From: Deltaproteobacteria bacterium GWA2_45_12
Lineage (GTDB): Bacteria; UBA10199
DNA length: 64,000 bases
Direction of reading: 5' to 3'
NCBI GenBank assembly: GCA_001797365.1
Contig: MGPH01000063.1
Coordinates: forward strand, 37,179 to 101,178
Translations under genes and position numbers: made by a program
In this document: one piece after another, positions 58,886-64,000 of the stretch
How the letters are laid out: each line of letters opens with the position of its first letter
Position numbering within the stretch: position 1 is the first letter of the stretch
Notes under the pieces: model-generated
Told to the model about the DNA's origin: nothing
What the model saw: the letters and a program-made list of their open reading frames with translations, nothing else
Databases searched by the model: none

Positions 58886-59562
58886 CGCTTCCAATAATGA
58901 AAGATGATCCGGTGGTTTCCCAATGGTATCAAGACCTTTACGGTGATGCAGTTATTAGCCGTAACCGTTGGTTTCTGATTGGCACTGTTTCTTTAGCTCT
59001 TACCTGCATTTTAGGAATCGCTCTTATTTCTTTAGTGCCCCTTAAAACGGTTGAGCCCTATGTGATTCAAGTCGACAATAAATCAGGGCTTACCACTGTT
59101 CTCAAACCTCTGCGTGAAAACCATGAGAATACTCTGACCGAGGAAGAAGCTGTAACGAAGTCATTCATCGTTAAGTATGTGATTGCCCGCGAGACCTATG
59201 ACCCCCAAGACTTAAATCGAAATTATGAAGTGGTAAGACTCATGTCGGGGCCCGATGAGGCCGAGCGATTTAATAAATGGATTACCGATGGCAATAAAGA
59301 CAGTCCCATTGAGCGTTTTAAAACGACGACAACCCGCACCATCCGAATAACTTCAGTTTCCTTCTTAGATAAACAGAAAAAAACAGCACAGGTGAGACTC
59401 GCCGCGATGGAAAACTCGCGCATTGAAACCCGTGAGAGTTATTGGGTCGCCATCCTGACATTCCGTTACGTGAATGCCCCGATGGATGAGCAAGACCGAC
59501 TCAATAATCCCTTAGGATTTCAGGTGATGTCTTACCGCTTGGACCAGGAGATGATCCGATGA
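58882..59562 (+). CDS. virB8: T4SS protein VirB8
   Basis: PLKTVEPYVIQVD, YVIARETYD, NPLGFQVMSYR. Confidence 0.95.
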   Translation: MTLPIMKDDPVVSQWYQDLYGDAVISRNRWFLIGTVSLALTCILGIALISLVPLKTVEPYVIQVDNKSGLTTVLKPLRENHENTLTEEEAVTKSFIVKYVIARETYDPQDLNRNYEVVRLMSGPDEAERFNKWITDGNKDSPIERFKTTTTRTIRITSVSFLDKQKKTAQVRLAAMENSRIETRESYWVAILTFRYVNAPMDEQDRLNNPLGFQVMSYRLDQEMIR

Positions 59563-60260
59563 AAACAAAACTCATTACTTTAACCTTATTGTTCTTTGGC
59601 ACATTCAACCAGAGTTGGGCTTCCATAGACCCAAAAGCGTTATCTACGGATCCACGTCTGAAACAGGCCATCTATAGCCCCAATCAGATTTATAATATTC
59701 GATCCTCCTATGGTTATGGGACAACGATTGAATTCTCCCCATCTGAAACTGTGGAGACTATTGTCCCCGGAGATTCAATTGCTTGGCAGGTAGTCCCCAG
59801 TCGAAATCGAATATTTGTGAAACCAGTGGAACAAAATCCAGATTCCAACCTCACAATCGTCACAAATAAAAATATCTATTTCTTTGATATGGGTGCAACG
59901 ACGCCGAAGTTATCCACGTATTTACTCAGATTTGAGTATGTCAAAAACTTCACTTATTTGGAGGAGAAATCCGCAAAATCTCCGGCGGATTATAATTTCC
60001 GCTACAAAATCACGAACAACAAGAAGAGTGGCTTTGTCCGCGCTTTCGATAATAGCCAGTTTACCTATATCCAATTTAAGGATTTGGCCGATTTGCCAGC
60101 TATCTTCTGGATTGATTCCAATGGCAAAGAGTCCGTCGTTAATTACCGTATCGACGGTGCCTATGTAGTCGTCGAGCGTGTTGCCGACCGCTTTGTTTTC
60201 AGAAAAGGCAAGGTTGTGGGCACACTCATTAATAAAAATCCTCTCTCAAAGAGAAAATAA
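59559..60260 (+). CDS. virB9: T4SS protein VirB9
   Basis: DPRLKQAIY, GDSIAWQV, TNKNIYFF, FDNSQFTY, LPAIF, VNYR. Confidence 0.93.
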   Translation: MKTKLITLTLLFFGTFNQSWASIDPKALSTDPRLKQAIYSPNQIYNIRSSYGYGTTIEFSPSETVETIVPGDSIAWQVVPSRNRIFVKPVEQNPDSNLTIVTNKNIYFFDMGATTPKLSTYLLRFEYVKNFTYLEEKSAKSPADYNFRYKITNNKKSGFVRAFDNSQFTYIQFKDLADLPAIFWIDSNGKESVVNYRIDGAYVVVERVADRFVFRKGKVVGTLINKNPLSKRK

Positions 60261-60271
60261 GGAGGTCCATC

Positions 60272-61327
60272 ATGTCCGACGAATTGAATGAAAATAAAAT
60301 ACCAGAAGAAGAAAATATTTTGGATCGAGAGTCTGTTTTAAATCCATCTCCTTCTAAGAAAAAACAACGGAACATTTTTGGGCTTGTTTTGATGGGCTTG
60401 GCCGTTGTTGCGCTTCTTTTCATTTTCAAAGGGGAAGACAAACCCAAGGAAGGTTTGGATAAAGAGCCCGTTCCCTTTGAGCCCGCCGCTCAAAGGCCGG
60501 TGGTGATACCGGAAGCTCCTCCCGTCATTGAAGATAGAAACGATGAAGATGAATCTTTGAAACAAGCCAGAATGAAATCAGCCCTTTTGATTTATGGAGG
60601 GAATGGTTCTTCAAATACTGCCAGTCCCTCTAAGAATGGGATGAAACAAAATGAAAACTCGGACCCGAATGCCCGTTTTCAGGAAAATATAGGAACGACC
60701 GAACGAGTACAGGCTACGGCCATTGGCTCCCTTGATAAGATCATCCTTCAAGGGAAACTCATTGATGCGGTTTTGGAAACCGCCATTAGCTCCGATTTGC
60801 CCGGAATGGTGCGGGCCATTGTGAGTCACGACATCTACAGCGAGTCAGGCGAAGCTGTGCTTGTACCAAAAGGATCAAAACTACTTGGGCAATACAATTC
60901 AGAAGTGAGAAAGGGTCAATCACGGGTTTTTGTTGTTTGGACAAGATTGGTGCGACCTGATGGGTTGGAGGTAGCTCTTAATTCAGGCGGTACAGACTCC
61001 TTGGGACGAGCAGGTATTTCCGGCAAGGTAAACCACCACTTTTGGCAGATGTTTGGAACTTCCATGTTACTCAGCATCATCGGTGCCGGTACGGCCAATG
61101 CCGGAGTGAGCACGATGGATCCCTACAATTCTACGGCCGCTTACCGTCAGCAAATTTCAGAGGCTTTTCAAAACAGTGCCAATCAAGCGCTAGCCGACAA
61201 TATCAACATCCCTCCCACAATTAATGTGAAGCATGGGTCGTTAATTAAAGTTTTTGTGGCACGCGACTTAGACTTTTCGGACGCACTGTCCTCTTTGCCT
61301 ACAAGCGATGTGGTCTTTGTCCAATGA
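60272..61327 (+). CDS. virB10: T4SS protein VirB10/TrbI
   Basis: LETAISSDLPG, LVPKGSKLLG, RVFVVW, GRAG, NIPPTINV, VARDLDF. Confidence 0.95.
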   Translation: MSDELNENKIPEEENILDRESVLNPSPSKKKQRNIFGLVLMGLAVVALLFIFKGEDKPKEGLDKEPVPFEPAAQRPVVIPEAPPVIEDRNDEDESLKQARMKSALLIYGGNGSSNTASPSKNGMKQNENSDPNARFQENIGTTERVQATAIGSLDKIILQGKLIDAVLETAISSDLPGMVRAIVSHDIYSESGEAVLVPKGSKLLGQYNSEVRKGQSRVFVVWTRLVRPDGLEVALNSGGTDSLGRAGISGKVNHHFWQMFGTSMLLSIIGAGTANAGVSTMDPYNSTAAYRQQISEAFQNSANQALADNINIPPTINVKHGSLIKVFVARDLDFSDALSSLPTSDVVFVQ

Positions 61328-62310
61328 GCAATGTGGCTATTCATACGTTTTTAAGACCTTTGGCTCCTTTTCTTAATGAAAAAGGAGTGACTGAAATATC
61401 CATCAATCGCCCCGAAGAAGTCTGGGTCGAAAAAGATGGAGAAATGAAGTGCTACATCGTACCGGCACTTCATTTTCATCATCTTCACACCTTAGCGGAT
61501 TTGGTAGCCGAATATTCTGACCAAGAAATCTCTGAGGAAACACCCATTCTTTCAGCCACATTGCCCGGCGATTACCGTGTGCAAATAGTTCTTCCTCCTG
61601 CGGTGGAGATGGACTGCATTGCCATTTCTATCCGTAAGCAGGCTCTTTTAGATTTGACGTGGGACGATTATCGAAAAATGAAGGCTTTTGATTTGGTGAA
61701 TAAGAGGAGTTCTTGGGAAGAGGAAGCCGAAGGGCAATTACTGACGCTGTTCAGAAAAGGACGTTATGAGGAATTTCTCCAACTAGCCCTCCTTGTTAAA
61801 AAGAACATCCTGATTTCAGCAGGGACCTCTACAGGGAAAACGACTTTTCTCAACATGTGCCTCAAATCTATTCCGCAACGAGAGAGGATTTTGACCATCG
61901 AGGATGCGCGTGAAGTGAAAGTGTTTCATCAAAACCGTGTCCACCTCCTTGCCTCCCGTGGAGGCCAAGGATTGTCCAATGTGACGACCCAGCAGCTTTT
62001 AGAGGCCTCACTAAGGCTGCGGCCGGATCGCATCATTGTAGGAGAATTACGAGGCGCAGAAGCTTTCACTTACTTGAGAGCGATTAACTCTGGGCATCCG
62101 GGCTCCTTGACCACGATTCATGCGGACACGCCGGAACTGGCCTTTGACCAACTGGCTCTCATGGTTATGCAGGCCAACCTGGGCATGACGCGACCTCAAA
62201 TTCTTGAGTACATCCGAAGCATCATTCCCATCGTCATTCAATGGAAGCGCGGAGAAAAGGGGTATCGGTATATTTCAGATATTTATTACCGAGAGGCCAT
62301 TCAGCAATGA
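61324..62310 (+). CDS. virB11: T4SS ATPase VirB11
   Basis: AGTSTGKTT, TIEDARE, LRLRPDRIIVGELRG, SGHPGSLTTIHA. Confidence 0.96.
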   Translation: MSNVAIHTFLRPLAPFLNEKGVTEISINRPEEVWVEKDGEMKCYIVPALHFHHLHTLADLVAEYSDQEISEETPILSATLPGDYRVQIVLPPAVEMDCIAISIRKQALLDLTWDDYRKMKAFDLVNKRSSWEEEAEGQLLTLFRKGRYEEFLQLALLVKKNILISAGTSTGKTTFLNMCLKSIPQRERILTIEDAREVKVFHQNRVHLLASRGGQGLSNVTTQQLLEASLRLRPDRIIVGELRGAEAFTYLRAINSGHPGSLTTIHADTPELAFDQLALMVMQANLGMTRPQILEYIRSIIPIVIQWKRGEKGYRYISDIYYREAIQQ

Positions 62311-62906
62311 GGTATTTCGTCTCATTCATTTTTGGTTTAGTTTTCATGTTGGCCATCTCAAATATGGCCATAGCCAACTGCAAAGATCACGCACTTCGTC
62401 AAAAAGTGGCTGAAACAGCCAAAGAAGAGAAAGTAAACGAAAACGAACTGCTCTCTATTATCGCCCATGAATCGGGTTGCCGCTATTTTGCAATCGCATG
62501 GAATCTTCCCGGCAAACCTGAAACCGCTAAGTCAAAATTCTTTGATCATCTTTCCGAAGCGAAACTATTTGCACAAAGTCTGATCTCAACAGGACGTTAT
62601 CGGGTTGATGTAGGTATTGGGCAGATCAACCATGAGGCAAATATTCGGCCTAAGGGATGGTCATTGGATGAGGTGTTGAACCCCGATATTGCTTTAAAGC
62701 GGGTGGCTAAAATATTGAAAGAGCGTGGGTGGAAAAACTATCATTCCAGTAACCCCGTTCTTGCCAAAAGATGGCAACAAAAAGCTCTTATGACTTTGTC
62801 AAGTATTAATGGTTCTAGTTCTAATACTACCTTCAGCGCCAGCTCTCCATTAGTTGTTTTCATCAATAATCCAATCAAAAAAAGTCCTCCATTAGTGATT
62901 TTTTAA
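62307..62906 (+). CDS. virB1: Lytic transglycosylase (VirB1-like)
   Basis: ATG 62307, signal peptide, IIAHESG, DVGIGQIN, YHS. Confidence 0.8.
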   Translation: MRYFVSFIFGLVFMLAISNMAIANCKDHALRQKVAETAKEEKVNENELLSIIAHESGCRYFAIAWNLPGKPETAKSKFFDHLSEAKLFAQSLISTGRYRVDVGIGQINHEANIRPKGWSLDEVLNPDIALKRVAKILKERGWKNYHSSNPVLAKRWQQKALMTLSSINGSSSNTTFSASSPLVVFINNPIKKSPPLVIF

Positions 62907-63053
62907 TCATAAGTACATGTTTATTATAATATAATAGGCACACCTAATGATTTTGTCAGCTTTGCGAATATGAACTATAGTTTAACGCTGGGTTTGATAT
63001 GTTTATAGCTAAGTTGGCCTTGACAAACTAACCAGTTTATGAGATGATATATC

Positions 63054-63419
63054 ATGGCTTTCGAAAGATTTACCAATACAAATAAGAGCTTTATTTCAAA
63101 GGTTTCAATTAGATCCAACGGACAAATAGGATTTAGTCAGGGGCTCATCCACAAGTTTCATCTAGAGAGCTTTAAGTTTGGGGTTCTGTTCTATGATAAA
63201 GATGAAGGGAAAGTTGGAATACAGTTAACCAATGATGAAAAAGAAAGCGGTATTTGTAAGCTACAAGTTAGACCCCAAAATGCGTCACTTTCAGCTAAAG
63301 CTTTTCTCGATTTTTTTGATTTGGATTATCAGGAAACTCGAAGTTACCCCATGCAATGGGATGAAGAAAACAAGATGATTATAGTAAATCTTAAAGATTA
63401 CAAAAAAGCCACCGTGTAA
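63054..63419 (+). CDS. Hypothetical protein
   Basis: 121 aa with its own terminator; VSIRSNGQIGFS suggests a beta-rich DNA-binding fold (unconfirmed). Confidence 0.75.
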   Translation: MAFERFTNTNKSFISKVSIRSNGQIGFSQGLIHKFHLESFKFGVLFYDKDEGKVGIQLTNDEKESGICKLQVRPQNASLSAKAFLDFFDLDYQETRSYPMQWDEENKMIIVNLKDYKKATV

Positions 63420-63430
63420 GGTGGCTTTTT
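63403..63430. terminator. Bidirectional-type intrinsic terminator
   Basis: AAAAAGCCACC-gtgtaa-GGTGGCTTTTT. Confidence 0.8.
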
Positions 63431-63569
63431 GTATAGGTGGAGATGGGACAGCCCAATTCCACGTTATTTTTGTGCAATAAGAATAATGTAATTGGTATCT
63501 CCTTTTATGTCAATCCAGACTTGTTATTGCTGTCCCTGGATGAGTCTACAAACAAAAGGAGGGTACTGA

Positions 63570-63728
63570 ATGTTCAGTATCTTTAAGGGGCGCGACGGCC
63601 TTTTTTATTGGCATATAAAAGCCAAGAATGGGGAAATCGTTGCTCAAAGCGAGGGATACAGGACTGAGCAATCCGCCAGAGATGGTGCAAACTCAGCAAT
63701 ACGTATTGTCCTTGAGCATTACCGTTGA
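63570..63728 (+). CDS. YegP/DUF1508 family small protein (52 aa, below the track cutoff)
   Basis: AGGAGG SD; MFSIFKGRDGLFYWHIKAKNGEIVAQSEGYRTEQSARDGANSAIRIVLEHYR. Confidence 0.88.
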   Translation: MFSIFKGRDGLFYWHIKAKNGEIVAQSEGYRTEQSARDGANSAIRIVLEHYR

Positions 63729-63732
63729 ACTG

Positions 63733-63765
63733 AAAGGCGGGGTTTCGGCCCCGCCTTTTCTTTTT
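63733..63765 (+). terminator. Intrinsic terminator
   Basis: AAAGGCGGGG-tttcgg-CCCCGCCTTT followed by a T-run. Confidence 0.85.
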
Positions 63766-64000
63766 CGCGAGGTAAAGCTATTCAATGCCAAATATTTCCA
63801 AATTGTTTTGTTAATAAAATTAGGTCCTGCCTATTCAAATCATTACTCCAAATACTTTCTTCTCTCCAATTCCAATACCAATCTATATATTTTAATGAGC
63901 CGTGCGTAGTTTTCTCCCAAGAAGAAGTTTGATGCACCTGCTTGAAATCTGATCTACATAAAATAATGAAGCAGCAACGAGCTACATTTTCAGAGTCAGA

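Larger units (their letters stand above)
53495..64000. mobile_element. Integrative (conjugative-type) element, left portion
   Basis: att-like tRNA fragment, Xis-like HTH, contiguous virB operon, AT-rich cargo; integrase not in the window. Confidence 0.75.

Noticed and set aside
63434-63460. tmRNA 3' end (minus strand CCCATCTCCACC)
   Set aside because: A 12-nt resemblance without T-loop or terminal CCA; could be chance.
63775-64000. Partial minus-strand ORF at the right edge
   Set aside because: One frame is open for about 70 codons but shows no recognisable motif; cannot be supported from this window.

Overview
Bacterial chromosome segment, probably from a deltaproteobacterial-type lineage (inferred from gene content and cysteine-rich myxococcal-type surface motifs). 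Standard genetic code. (1) 1-9.7 kb: complex I operon on the minus strand, nuoA-B-C-D-E-F-G-H-J-K-L (nuoL runs off the window). It lacks nuoI, has a short NuoG and an extended NuoH. (2) 9.7-28 kb: an 18-kb block of mostly unassignable genes between nuoA and aroC. It holds secreted or lipid-anchored Ca-binding proteins (one with HExxH, one with a transglutaminase-like Cys-His-Asp triad), a protein with a duplicated domain, an HTH + nucleotidyltransferase pair preceded by twin TGTCA-N9-TGACA operators, and a 2555-aa protein made of many XRE-like HTH units in two ~800-900 aa super-repeats. (3) 28-51 kb: housekeeping genes (aroC, clpS-clpA, rlpA, purM-purN, TatD-radical SAM fusion, Na/Pi cotransporter, ftsY, hisG, PPIase, Kce-like, DAGK-like, UDG), interleaved with surface proteins and three families of palindromic repeats. 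(4) 51-53.3 kb: a copper cassette whose copA carries an internal deletion and an in-frame REP insertion. (5) 53.5 kb to the end: left part of an integrative element, bounded by a tRNA 3' fragment plus terminator. It carries a 12-bp-period AAG(C/G)CTT array, an Xis-like HTH and a virB2-3-4-5-6-8-9-10-11-1 T4SS with no adjacent virB7, virD4 or relaxase. No CRISPR array, rRNA or complete tRNA was seen.
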